DNA of 64,000 bases from the human T2T-CHM13v2.0 reference genome, Homo sapiens, in assembly GCF_009914755.1 (NCBI RefSeq), contig NC_060934.1, one strand, 5' to 3'. Shown piece by piece: positions 16,260 through 31,696 of the stretch. The notes beneath the pieces were generated by a model, which saw nothing but the letters and a program-made list of their open reading frames with translations, was not told the origin of the DNA and did not search any database. How positions within the stretch are numbered: the stretch's first letter is position 1; every line of letters begins with the position of its first letter. The position numbers and the translations under genes were made by a program.

Positions 16260-17080
16260 TCTTCAAAAAACTAAAAATAGAGCTACCATGTGATCCAGCA
16301 ATCTCATTGTTGGGCATATACCCCAAAGAAAGGAAATTAGTCTATCAAAGAGATACCTGTGCTCCCATGTTTGTTGCAGCACTGTTCACAATAACCAAGA
16401 TTTGGAAGCAACCTAATTGTTTATGGACATATAGAAACAACAATTAGAAAGGCTGTTTGAATTTGAAGTGTGGATAGACTCAGGTTGCTTCCAAATGTTA
16501 GCTATTATGAATGGATAAAGAAAATGTGGTACATATACACAATGGAGTACTATTCAGCCATAAAAAAAGAATGAGATCCTGTCATTTGCAACAACAGGGA
16601 TGGAACTGGAGATCATTATGTGAAGTGAAATAAGCCAGACACAGAAAGACAAACATTATACATTCTCACTTATTTGTGGGGTCTTAAAGTCAAAACAATT
16701 GAACTCATGGACATAGAGAATAGAAGGCTGGTTATCAAAGGCTGGGAAGGGTAGTGGGGATGGGAGCGGGGTGGGTGGTTGATGGTTAACGGGTACAAAA
16801 AAAAATTAGAAAGAATGAATAACACCCACTACTTGATAGCACAACACGGTGACTATAGTCAATAATAATTTAATTGTACATTTTAAAACAACTAAAAGAA
16901 TGTAATTGGATTGTTTGTAACTCAAAGGATAAATGCTTGAGGGGATGGATACCCCATTCTCCATGATGTGATTATTTCACATTGCATGCCCGTATCAAAA
17001 CATTTCATGTACCCCATAATTATATACACCTACTACTTACCCACAAAAATTAAAAATAAAAAAATTTTTAAAAGAAAAAA
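16260..17080 (+). mobile_element. 5'-truncated L1MA (MA1/MA2-like) 3' end with an internal complex insertion
   Basis: aaactaaaaatagagctacc; 3'UTR gatagcacaacacggtgactatagtcaataat; A-rich tail. Confidence 0.92.
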
Positions 17081-17989
17081 GCAAACTTAGTTATGTACAT
17101 TGGTATGAGAATACACTTCTGTTTACCAGTTGAAGAAGATTAAAGTTTCAGAGTTAATGATACTTAAGCGTCGCATTTGAAATCATTTATAGCAATTATA
17201 CTTCTAATAAATTGATGGCACATTTTCTTTTCTAATAAATATACATCTAAGATCTTCAGCACTGTAAAACTCTATAGGGTGCCATTTGCACTGATGAAAT
17301 CATAGATTTGTGTATTTATTAAGACCACTCTGCAGCAGATAGAATTAAAGTGGTTTTATCTTAAACAAACCAAAAACAGCATAATATGACATTTTTCTGA
17401 GCTTGGAAAGTAAAGTATCCTGAGTGATTTGTGCCATTTTTTAATTTATGCAGAAGCAAATATTAAATAAATTAAATACATTTCATTTAAAGCCATCAGT
17501 ATGGGCTATAGAATATACCAAAACATTCTCACTGACATTTATGGTCAGATAGAATATGTGGATTATTTTGTGCTATACTCAACAACAATTAGAAAGGCTG
17601 TTTGAATTTTTTAGCCAACGAATTTCCTATCAGGCAGTAAACTTTAAGACTACAGGGACTCAACATTATTGACCATTTATTAAAATGTCACTGTGACTTA
17701 GCTTTATGGGTGGCAGAAAACCAAAGCTTTCATTTTCATGAGCTAGTTTAGGCACATGGAGTTCCTATATGGTCTGGGGCAAGTCAGTTTACCCCCATCT
17801 AGTCCAGTTTCTTCACCTAAAAAAATTACAGAATCCCTGAGATCTCTTTGATTGTATATTTCATAACATGATGAATTTTATCCACCTATACTTTCAGGAA
17901 TATATCATTGCATTGCAGTCAAAGACACATCCTTAAAAATCCTTGATATTTTGTGGGTTAAATGACAGCATTTGAAATAGTTGTATTAC

Positions 17990-20130
17990 TATTTTCTTTT
18001 TTAAATTGTGACATACAATAAATAACACATAAAGTGTATAATTTGGTAAGTTTGATTTCTGTAAATGCTCATCACCGTAATCAACATAATGAACATTTCC
18101 ATCACCCGGATAAATTCCTCGTGTCCCTCAGTAGTCCTTCTTTCTTGCCTCTCCCCTCCCCAAATCCCACTCCCCAGGAAAGCACTGATATGCTTTGTTT
18201 TGCTGTAGATTATTTTGTGTTCCCTAGAATGTTATATAAACAGAAGCATATATATAAATTTTTTTTGTCTGGCTCCATTCACCCAGTATAGTTACTTTGA
18301 GATTCATCCATGCTGTTGTGAATACTGATCACTTATTCCTTTTGATTGTTGAATGGTATTCCACTTTATGAAGATCCCAGAGTTTGTTTATCTAGTCACC
18401 TGTTGATGGACATCAGGATGGTTTCCAGTTGGGCGTTGTTACAAATAAAGCTGCTATAAATGTTTGTGTATAAGTCTTTGTGGAGACATAGGTTTGAGTT
18501 CTAGGAGTATAGAAACTGGGTCATACTGTAGGTATATCTTTACCTTGAGAACCTGACAGACTCTTTTCCAAAGAAGTTGCATCCTTGTGCATTACCTCCA
18601 GCAGGGTATGAGAGTTCCAGTTGCCCTACATCCTTGCCAACATTGGTATCACAAGTTGGTGTTTGTTTTTTTTTTAGATGTTCTAACCAATGTATAATGA
18701 TATGTCATTGTATTTGTCCGTTTTCACACTGCTGATAAAGACATACCCCAGACTGGGTAATTTATAAAGAAAAAGAGGTTTAATGGACTCACAGTTCCAC
18801 GTGGCTGAAGAGGCCTCACAGTCATGGCGGAAAGCAAAAGGCACGTCTTACATAGTGACAGACAAGAGAGAATGAGAATCAAGCAAAACGGGATTCCCTT
18901 TATAAAACCATCAGATCGCATGAGACTTATTCACTACCACAAGAAGAGTATGGGGGAAACTGCCCCCATGATTCAGTTATTTCCCACCAGGTTGCTCCCA
19001 CAACACATGGGAATTATGGGAGCTAGAATTCAAGATGAGATTTGGCGGAGGGGAGACACAGTCAAATCGTATCAGTCATTGTGGGTTCAATTTGCATTTC
19101 CTTTATGATTAATGATGTTCAGCATTTTTTCATGTGCTTATCTGCCATGCATATATATTCTTCAGAGAAATGTGTATTCAAATCTTTTGCCCATTTTGGT
19201 TTTGGCTGTTTGTCTTCTTATAAGTGAGCCTTGGAAATCTCTTTATATATTCTGAATACAAGTTCCTTAGCTGATATGTGATTTGTAAATATTTTCTCCC
19301 TGTCGGTGGCTGTCTTTTCTTTCCTTTTACAGTGTCTTTCAAAGAGCACAGTTCTTCGTCATAATGAAATCTAATTTGTCAGACTTTTTTCTTCTATGAA
19401 TCATGTTTTTGGTGCTGTATGTAAAAAATCTTTGCCCAATCAAACATTACAAAGATTTTTCTTCCTATGTTTTCTTCTAGAAGTTGTATAGTTTTATATT
19501 TTATATTTAAGTCTATGATCCATTGTGAGTTCATATTTGTATGTGGTGCAAGGTGGGGATCAGGGTTCATTTTTGCATATATGGTTATCCAATTGTTCCA
19601 GTACAATTTATTGAAAAAGCTATTCTTTTCCCACAAAATTGCCTTTGCAACTTTGTCAAAAATTCACTTACATGTATGTGTGAATCCATTTATGGACACT
19701 CTATTCTAGGTCTATTTATCCTTGAAATTCTACCAGTTTCTGCTGCCTGTATTTTGGACTCTGTTATTTAGGTATATTAACATTTACAGTGGTTGTTTTC
19801 TATAATGAATTGACCCTTTTATCATTATGAAATGACCTTCTTTATCGCTGCTAATATGCTTTGCTCTGAAAACTGCTTTGTGTGATATTAATATAACCAC
19901 TATAGCTTACTTATGATTAGTGTTAGCATGATGTATTATTTTCCATACTTTTAACCTAATTGTGTCTTTACAATTAAACTGCATTTCTTGCAGGCAGCAG
20001 AGAGTGGCTCTTGATTTTATTTTCTTGTGACAACTTCTGCCTTTGAATTTGGGGGTTAGGCCATTGTGATTTAATGTAATTATAGAAATGATTAAGTTAT
20101 ATTTCCTCTTCCGTTTTTCCATTTTCTCTG
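17990..20130 (-). mobile_element. Old L1M (MC/MD-like) 3'UTR and ORF2 remnants, interrupted by THE1
   Basis: ttgagattcatccatgctgttg, gatggacat ... tttccagt, tttgcatttcctttatgattaatgatgttcagcat; boundaries approximate. Confidence 0.8.
18709..19074 (-). mobile_element. THE1C-like solo LTR inside L1
   Basis: tgtatttgtccgttttcacactgc ... tcgtatca; perfect 5-bp TSD gtcat. Confidence 0.93.
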
Positions 20131-20164
20131 CCTTTTTGGGGTTGGGTATTTTAAAAATTCCTTC

Positions 20165-20295
20165 AGTTATTTAAGAAGTATTTGTCAGGCATGGTGGTAG
20201 ACACTGGAAATACAACAGTGGGTAAAACAGATAAGATACCTGCCTTGTGAGAATTAAATTCTAGTTGAAGAGATAATAACGGGGCCATTAACACT
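20165..20295 (-). mobile_element. L2 3' fragment
   Basis: tgtcaggcatggtggtagacactggaaatacaacagtgggtaaaacaga. Confidence 0.55.
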
Positions 20296-21623
20296 ACAGT
20301 AAGGTGTGCAAGGAGAAGAATGGACAAAACTCAGGTAAGAAGTTCAGTTGAGGGACTCACCTAGCAAGTTTTTTGTTTCTTATTGCCTTTTTAATTTCTG
20401 TTATTTCAATTTGGTTCTTTTTTATTACTTACGTCTTTGTTAAGATTTACGATTCTTTTCATTCCTTTCATGAAAATTAATAATACCTTGTTGAGTCATT
20501 TTTATGATGGCTGCTTTAAAATCTTGGTTCTTGATGTGCAGGTGATTTTTTATTATATCCTGGACGTTTTGGCTTTGATATTAGGAGATCCGGGCCCTAT
20601 TTAGATCTGTGATGACAGCAGTCAGCCTATTTAGATTTAGCACAGCGGTTCTGACCTAATGTTGTGGGGTGTGGTTCTAGTGACAACTTCATTTTCAGAG
20701 CTGTTTTGGCTGCTTGCTTTCTCTGGTGCCACCGGGGCTCCCACTAGTCCCTGCTGGTACTGCTTGCAGTGGTGTAGTATAGTTTCCCTAAGCCAGGCTG
20801 TCTCGTGCTTCCTAGGAGGAAAAAGGAAATCTCTGACCCAAGGGGACAAATACACTTCCTGGACCAGGTCTTTATAGTTGGGGGATCCCCCTTGTCAGTG
20901 CTGCCTGGCCACCTGGTGTCTCTGGGTGGAGGATGGGAGTCTCAAGCCTGGCAAGAAATTACAGTGCTTTCTGGGCCAGGGGCTTACTGCAGTGGGTCTC
21001 CCTTCCCAGTGCCTGTTGGTGCTTGGGTTGGGGATGAGTGTCTTAGCCCCAGTGGGGAAGGAGAGTACTTAACCTAGACACTTACTCTTAGCAGGGCCTT
21101 CAATCGGTCTCCCTTGCGGGAGCTGCCGAACTTGTTTGTCGTTGCTGGTAGAGTTTGTTTGTTTCCATTGCTGCTGCACAAATTAATGGCGGAGCTTTTG
21201 TTCACTCCAAGGAAGAAATGAGCTGATCTGAGCCCCCTTTAGTGGACAGGCCCGGAATCAGAAAATGCCAGGCCTAAGTCCCTTTCTTGTGTTGGATGGG
21301 GAGAACGTAAGACACAATGCTGCTGTTTTTCTCTAGTCCAGAGACTCCCCCCAGAGTCCTCCTTCCTCTTCCCATCATGTATAGTTCTCCTTCGATTGCC
21401 TCTTACATTATTTCCAGGGTTTATAGTTGTACTTAACAGGGAGTTAAGTGCAATTTAACTGGAGATGGACTTGTACACCATTTCACCTGGATCAGAAATC
21501 CCTGGATTGAGTGTATTTTTAATGATTTCATTGACCATTGTGTTTTCTTATTAGCTATAACTCTGTGTGACATTGTTTTAGTAATTGTTTTAGGGTTTAT
21601 ATTGTACATCTTTACCTTATTAG

Positions 21624-22055
<432 letters not shown>

Positions 22056-24162
22056 AAATGTTATTATATTTCATATATAGTACAAGGATCTTACAACAGT
22101 ATACTTCCATTTCTCCTCCCAGCCTTCTGCTATTTTTGCCATAAATTTTATTTCATATATAGTACAAATAATATATACTCTACAATGCATTGTTATTGCT
22201 TTAAGCAGTTAATTATCTTTTCAAGAGATTTAAATAAGAAAAAACTCTTAAATTATCCACATAGTTATCATTTCCTAGGCTCCTTGTCACTCTGTGTAGA
22301 TATAATTTTCCATCTGGAATTATTTTCTTCTGCTTGAAGGACTTTCTTTAACGTTTCTTATAGTGCAGATGTGTTATCAATAAATTTTTTCAGTTTTGTT
22401 TGTCTAAGACTTTATTTTGTCTTCGTCTTTGAAAGATGATGTTTTTCCTGATAAAGAATCCAAGTTGACAGCTTTTGTGTTTGAGAACTTTCTCACTTGC
22501 CTTAATTCTGAGGAGAAAGCTACTTTTTTTTTGTTCTGCTGTATATAATGTGTCCTTTGTCTCTGGCTGTTTTCAATATTCTCTGTATTGCTGATTTTAA
22601 ACGATTTGATTATGACGTGTCTTGATGCAGTTTTCTTCGTGATTCTTGTCTTGCATTTGTTTAAGCTTTGTAGATCTGTTGGTTTCAGATTTCATAAATT
22701 TTGGAAATATTTCAGCCATTATTTCTTCAAACCATTTTTCTGTCCTACCCTAATTATGCATATATTAGGTCTCTTAAAAGTTGCTTCATAGCTTACAGAT
22801 GCTCTTCTTTTTTTTCAGTCTGTTTTCTTTTTGTTTCATTTTGGATCATTTCTATTGCTACGTCTTGAAGCTAACTGATTTTTTCTTCTGCAACATCTAA
22901 TCTGCTATTAACCACAGAGATTTTTCATCGTTGACATCGTAGGCTTTGTCTCTCAAAATCTGACTTACTTTTTTTAATATTTTCTATGTCTCTACTTAGC
23001 ACATTTTATCGTTCCTCTAGCTTTTTGATCGTACAAATACAGTTATAATAACTATTTTAATGTCCTTCTTATCTATTAATTTTTTCAACTGTGTCAATTC
23101 TGAGTCAGTTTTGATTAATTGATGTTTATCCTTATTTTGTATTGTACTTTTCTGCTTTTTTTTTTTTCATGAACCAGACATTGTGATTCTTACACTGCTG
23201 GCTGCTGAATATTTTTGTATTCCTGTCCATTTTGTTTTTTTTTTTTTCTGGTATGTGATAAATTACTTCAAAATACTTTGGTTCTCTTTGATCTTGCTCT
23301 TAAGCATTGTTAGATAGGACCAGTGGAGCATTAAGTTCAGGGACAATTTTCCTCCCTACTGAGGCAAAACCCTTCTGAGTATCCTACTTGATAAACCATA
23401 AATTGTGAGGTTTCCCACTCTGACTGCTAAGAAAATGGGCATTATTGTAGAACCTGATTGAGCTTTGGGTATATTTCCCACTAATTCCTCTGAGTGATTA
23501 TTTATCAAGCGTGAGTAGTTTCCTCACTGACATTCATTAACCAGTATTCAGCTAAATACTTGCAGAGGACACCTAGCAGATTTCCCGAGTTTTCTCTCTT
23601 TGCAGCTCTCTCCTTTCAGGTACTCCACCATGTGAAATGTAACTACCTTGATCTCCCTGCTCCCTTTTCCTTAATTCAGAGAGACTCCTAGACTCCATGT
23701 GGCTTCTTCTGCCTGCATCATGGCCTGGAAACCGTCCACATGATAGCCTAAATCAATCATAGGACTCACCAGGTTTGTTTCCTTGTTTCAGTTATCCTTG
23801 CTCTTCATGACCTAGTGGCTTGATATCCAATATCTTGTGAACTTTTTTTTCCAATTTATTGTAGATTCAGTGAGTACATGTGCAGGTTCATTATCAGCAT
23901 GTATTGCATGATGCTGAGATTTGGAGTACAAATGATCTCATCACCCAGGTACTGAGAATATACCCAATAGGTCATTTTTCAACCCTTGCCCCCTCCCCTC
24001 TAGTAGTTCCCAGTGTCTATTGTTGCCATCTTTATGTCCACGAGTACTCAATATTTAGTTCTCACTTATAAGTGAGAACATGTGGTTTTCTGTTTCTGTG
24101 TTAATTTGCTTAGGATAACGATCTCCAGCTGCATTCATGTTGCTGCAAAGAACATGATTTCA

Positions 24163-24454
<292 letters not shown>

Positions 24455-24707
24455 ACGTGATTTCATTCCTTTTTATTCCTTTTCATGGCTGTGTAGCATT
24501 TCCTGGTATACATATCCCACATTTTCTTTATCCAGTCTACCATTATGAGCACATAGATTGACGCCATGTCTTTGCTATCATGAATAGTACTGTAATGAAT
24601 ATGCGAGTCCAAGTTTCTTTTTGATAGAAAGATTTATTTTCTTTTCTTTTAGACGTATACCCAGTAATGAGATTGCTGGGTCAACCAGTAGTTCTGTTTT
24701 AAGTTCC

Positions 24708-24999
24708 TTTTTTTTTTTTTTCCAACAGGGTCTTGCTCTGTCACCCAGCCTGGAGTGCAATGGCGTGATCCGCTCACAGCGACCTCTGCCTCCTGGGTTC
24801 AGGCAATTCTCCTGCCTCAGCCTCTTGAGTACCTAGGATTACAGGCGCACACCACCACGACCGGTAAATTTTTGTATTTTTAGTAGAGACAGGGTTTCAC
24901 CATGTTGGCCAGGCTGGTCTCGAACTCCTGATCTCATGATCCACCCGCCTTGGCCTCCCAAAGTGCTGGGATTATAGGCATGAGCCACCGCACCCGGCC
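24708..24999 (-). mobile_element. AluS (Sg-like) inside L1
   Basis: 14-bp TSD ttctgttttaagtt at 24692-24705 and 25000-25013. Confidence 0.95.
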
Positions 25000-25284
25000 T
25001 TCTGTTTTAAGTTATTTGAGGAATCTTCAAACTGCTTTCCACAGTTGCTGAACTAATTAACATTCCCGTCAGCAGTGTATAAGCATTCCTTTTTCTCACC
25101 AGTGTCCATTGTTTTTTGACTTTTTATAATAGTCACCCTGACTAGTGTGAGATGGTATCTCATTGTGGTTTTGATTATCATTTCTCTGACAATTAGTGGT
25201 AGTGAGCATTTTTTCATATGTGTGTTGGCTGCTTGTGTGTCTTCTTTTGAGAAGTGTTTGTTCATGTCTTTTGCCTGTATGTTG

Positions 25285-25710
25285 TTGTTGTTTTTTGTTT
25301 TATTTAATTTTATTTTTATTTTAAGTTCTGGGTCCATGTGCAGGATGTGCAGGTTTGTTACATAGGTAAACATGTGCTATGGTGGTTTGCTACACCTTTC
25401 AACCTATCGCCTAAGTATTAAGCCCAGCATGCATTAGCTATTTTTCCTAATGCTCTCCTTTCCCTGACCCACCAAAAGGCCCTAATGTGTGTTGTTCCCC
25501 TCTCTGTGTCCATGTGTTCTCATTGTTCAGCTCCCACTTATTAGTGAGAACATGTGGTGTTTGGTTTTCCGCTCCTGCATTAGTTTGCTGAGGATAATGT
25601 CTTCCAGCTCCATCCATGTCCCTGCAAACGGCATGATCTCATTTCTTTTTATGACTGCATAGTATTCCATGGTGTATCTGTACCACAATTTCTTTATTCA
25701 GTCCATCATT
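25285..25710 (-). mobile_element. L1PA8/10-like 3' end nested in the older L1
   Basis: ttttaagttctggg ... catgtgcaggatgtgcaggtttgttacataggtaaacatgtg, attaagcccagcatgcattagctatt. Confidence 0.88.
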
Positions 25711-25859
25711 GAGAAACTATTAACAGAGTAAAGAGACAACCTACAGAATGGGAGAAAAAATTCACAAACTGTGCAGCCGACAAAGGTCTAATATCCAGAA
25801 TCTTTAAGAAACTTAAATAATTGAACAAGCAAAAGACAAATACTCCCTTTTTTAATTAA

Positions 25860-26056
25860 TGCATTTGCATCCAGGTAAGACTAAGAAGGAGCAATAGAGA
25901 TGGACAGAAGTGGATAGATTTTAGAGACATTTGGGAGGTAGGATCAACAGTAGTTGGTGACTAAAGGATTGTGCAGGAGGAGGGGCAGAGGAGGGAAAAA
26001 GAGGTGCTGACGTGTGCTGCCAGGTTGTGCTGACACTACTTTCTGACATAGCAAAC
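25860..26056 (+). repeat. About 190-bp diverged direct duplicate of 27269-27456
   Basis: Both run tgcatttgcatccaggtaaga ... agagatggacagaagtggatag ... ctgacatagcaaac. Confidence 0.92.
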
Positions 26057-27239
26057 CTAATTGTTTAAGTTTTTTAAAGATTATGGATATCAGACCTTTG
26101 TCAGATGCATAGTTTGTGAATATATCCCCCCCTTCTGTAGGTTATCTGTTTACCCCATTGATAGTTTCTTTTGCTGTGCAGAAGCCCTTTAGTTTAATTA
26201 GGTCCCACTTGTCAGTTTTTGTTTTTGTTGCAATTGCTTTTGAGAACATAGTCATAAATTCTTTCCCAAGGCCATTGTCTGGAATGATGTTTCCTAGGTT
26301 TCTTTTAGGACTCGTATAGTTTGAAGTCTTACATTTAAATCTTTAATCCATCTTAGATTAATTTTTGTATATAGTGAAAGTTAGAGGGCCAATTTCATTC
26401 TTCTGCATATGGCCAGCCAGCTATTCCAGCACCAAATATTGAATAGGAAGTCCTTTTCACATTGCTTTTGTCGACTTTGTCAAAGATCAGATGGCTGTAG
26501 GTGTGTGACTTTATTTCTGGGTTCTCTATTCTGTTCTATTGGTCTATGTGTCTGTTTTCGTACTAGTACCATGCTGTTTTAGTTACTGTAGCCTTACAGT
26601 ATAATATGAAGTCAGGGAATGTGATGCCTCCAGCTGTTCTTTTTGGTTAGAATTGCTTTGGCCATTTGGAATCTTTTTTGATTCCATATGAATTTAAGAA
26701 TGCTTTTTTTCTAGTTCTGCAAAAAATGACGTTGGTAGTTTGATAGGAATAGTATTAAATCTGTAGGTTGCTTTGGGCAGTAAGATCATTTTAATGATAT
26801 TGTTTCTTCCAATGCATGAGCACAGAATGTTTTTCCATTTGTTTGTTCCATCTATGATTCTTTGAGCAGTGGTTTGTAGTTGTAGAGATCTTTCACCTCT
26901 GTGGCTAGATGTATTCCTAGGTTCTTGTGGGGGATTTTTTTGTAGCTATTGTAAATGGGATTGCATTCTTGATGTGGCTCTCAGCTTGAATCTTATTGGT
27001 GTATAGAAATGCTACTGATTATTCTACAGTGATTTTTGTATCCTCAAACTTTACTGATGTTGTTTATCAGTTCCAGGAGGCTTTTGGCAGAAGTGAACTC
27101 TTGTTTTGTATATTTTTTTTTCTAGTCTTCCAGTTTTACAGGTAAGAGGATGTATCTAGTACCTGTTAATTTCTTTTGGCCTGAAATGGAAATTTGACTC
27201 TTATATCCTTTATATAGAAAAGTGACCTGGAAGGAACAG

Positions 27240-27560
27240 GCGTAAACATGGAGGATCCAGTTGGGCTTTGCATTTGCATCCAGGTAAGAGGAGGAAGGAG
27301 CAGTAGAGATGGACAGAAGTGGATAGTTTTGAGAGATATTTGGGAGGTAGGATCAATAGTAGTTGGTGACCAGTGGATTGTGCAGGAGGAGGGGCAAGGG
27401 AGGGAGAAAAAAGTGTTGCTGGGTGCATGGTGACACTACTCCCTGACATAGCAAACTCTGAAAGGGAAGCTGCTGTGCGTTGAGGTAAGATCAAGCTGGG
27501 ATATGTCCAACTTGATTTGGATGGGTCAAGTGTTTATGGAGTGATAGAGACTTATTAAAA
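27240..27560 (-). mobile_element. L2 remnant (donor of the 25860 duplicate)
   Basis: agaagtggatagttttgagagatatttgggaggtaggatcaatag is typical antisense L2. Confidence 0.6.
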
Positions 27561-27962
27561 GGTAATCTTGAAGATGAAATAGTAAGAAACAACATAGGCT
27601 GTAAAGCATAGAAAAAGAAAAAAGCTGTGATCACGCTTTTTTATGGTAATTATGGATCATTGCTGCTCTGTTTTGTTAGAGGTATTTATTTTATTTGACA
27701 CAGAAACATGGATGTTTCACTGACCACTGCTGACTGCTTTTGATATGTCAATAAAAAATTTAAATGGCCTCAACATCTGACTTTAGAATTAGGAATGTTC
27801 AAGATTTTTATTAATGGAGTAAATGTTTCATAATGAATATCCTATGAGACACCATCTTTACGTATTTAAAAATTCTTGATTTGCACCATCAGGCTCTTAT
27901 GTTACAAGCTGTCACATCCTATCAAGAAGACACTACTGCTAATGTAGATGGCAGAATTATAT

Positions 27963-28487
27963 CAGCGGTCCCCAGCCTTTTTGGCACCAGGGACTGCTTT
28001 AAAGGAAGGTGGTTTTGCCATGGATTGGGGTGGAGCGATGGTTTCAGGATGATTCAAGCTTATTACACTTATTGTGCACTTTATTTCTATTATTATTATA
28101 TTGTAATATATCATGAAATAATTATGCAATTCACCATAATGTAGAACCAGTGGAAGCCCTGAGCTTGTTTCCCTGCAACTAGACGGTCCCATCTGGGGGT
28201 GATGGAAGACAGTGAAAGATCCTCAGGCATTAGATTCTCATAAGGAGCAGGAAACCTAGATCCCTCGCATGCACAGTTCACAATAGGGTTTGCACTCCGA
28301 TGAGAATCTAATGCCATTGCTGATCTGACAGGAGGTGGAGCTCAGGTGGTAATACTAGTGATAGGCAGTGGCTGTAACTACAGATGAAGCTTCACTTGCT
28401 CACAGGTCACTCACCTCCTGCTGTGCTACCCAGTTCCTATCAGGCCATGGACAGCTACCAGTCTGTGGCTGGGGATGGGGACCTCTG
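27963..28487. mobile_element. MER1A hAT-Charlie MITE, full length
   Basis: Terminal inverted repeats cagcggtcccca / tggggacctctg, 525 bp; 8-bp TSD aattatat/aagtatat. Confidence 0.92.
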
Positions 28488-28516
28488 AAGTATATTCAGA
28501 GAAGTCAAAGCATTCA

Positions 28517-28868
<352 letters not shown>

Positions 28869-29599
28869 TTACTTCAGCATTCAGAGAAGATGCTGAGCTT
28901 GGACATAACACAATCAAAGAGAAAAAAGCCTCATGGTATAAACTGAGAATTTTTAAATTTGAAAAATAACTGTGCAAGAAATTTACTATAAAATATTTAT
29001 TCCATTAATAATCATAATAATAACTTTGAAATTCCTAATTCTAAATACAGCAGTTGAAACCTTTTTTTTTTCTATTGACATGTTAAAAGCAGACAAAATT
29101 GTTTCAGGCTGAGTCTAAATGATCTGATTATGAGCCGATATCAAAAGTGTAGACAGTATTAAGCAGGAATGGCAGACACCTGATGAACTCACCGTCATGT
29201 TTAATCCTGTGCTGAATTTTGAGATATAAGATCACAGTTTAAATACTTGTCTAACAAAAGAGCATCAGTCTTATGACATTGATCTTTATTTGTCTAAAAC
29301 ACACAGAACGCTCTCTCCTGTCAATAAGCATAGCTGTCAGATGCTCTGTGCACAGCTACTAAACACTCTCAAGATTGCAAGTTGAGGCATGGACATTAAG
29401 TATACATTTAATCAGCTGCGGAAGGTGAGAAGGTGCATTACACTGACTAATTTCAATAGTAACTCTAATGCACTCTTATTTATATTTGGTGTCTGGTAGA
29501 TTCATTTAGTCACTGATTGCAAGGCATAGTGGCAAATATGGAGCAGGTTTACCTCTCTTTAAAGATAGTGTACATTTTAAAAATAAATCTATATTTTCA

Positions 29600-30510
<911 letters not shown>

Positions 30511-31442
30511 ATCAAATATTAAAATTATATCAAACTCCATTATAAATTTCTAGTCAAAAAATATTTGACTAGAAGATGGAATAGAGGTACTTAAGAATGT
30601 ACCAAACCTTGTTAAAATTGCATATTTAAAGGAAATTAGAAGTTTCTGGTAAAACTAATGATCATCAGAAAGAAGTCAGAAATATAGAAATAAAGGTGCT
30701 GGGATGCTTTCATTGCTTGGCACATTAATTTCAAATTCTCAGAGAAAAATAATGACAGCTTTCCTGAACAGAAGACAAGCCTGAAAAGTCACTTAGTTCC
30801 TAGCAGTCCCTCCTCTTTCTCTTTGGTTGTTCAGAAGCTGCTGTTACCCAGCACTTACTAGGCTTTTATAAATAACAGGTTGGTCTGGCCAACGGGGGAA
30901 GAAGAATCAGGAAAATGGGAAAAGAAACCATTTAAAATGAAATTGTACATGAACAAAGGAGCATGTTTATGGGGATTTGCATCTACAAACAGTTCCTTTT
31001 AACATTCTGGAACAAAAATATTTTGTCAAATTTTTCTATAATGAATTGTAAATATCTATCAAGAATGACCTTCATTGTACATTACTTGTAAGTTTATGGA
31101 AGAACATAGAGCGTAAACAAGAGCATACAATAACATAGATCATAGGTAGTCACCACCTGAGCCTCTCTGCAATGCTTTGTAGCCCAGGGAAAGAACATCT
31201 AGGTCATAGTGAATATCTCTTTGTAAATTGTGTTTGAAGATATAAAATCTAAAATTATAGTCACTGTTTTGCATCTATAAATGTCAGGAACTTTGTTAAC
31301 ACTTCATTTTCTATCCTAAGAAGTACTTTTTAATGGTCCTGGTTCAAAGCCTTCATGCATGCATACAGGCAGAATTTCTTTTTTTATTAGACACAAAGAA
31401 CTCATGTTTTGTTTTCCCTTTCTGGCTTAAAAATGTTTTAAC

Positions 31443-31696
31443 ATCCCAGCACTTTGGGTGGCTGAGGTTGGGGGAATAGCTCAAAGCCAGGAGTTTGAGA
31501 CCAGCCTGGGCAACATAGTGAGAATTATGTCTCTACAAAGAATTTTAAAATTACCCAGGGTACCAGGAGTCCCAGCTACTCAGGAAGCTAAGGCAGGAGG
31601 ATCGCTTGAGCCCAGGAGGTCAAGGCTGCAGTGAGCCGTGACAGTGCCACTGCACTCAAGCCCGAGCAACAGAGCAAGACCCTGCCTCAAAAAAAA
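31443..31696 (+). mobile_element. AluJ, 5'-truncated
   Basis: Starts at atcccagcactttggg; J-type right arm. Confidence 0.92.
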
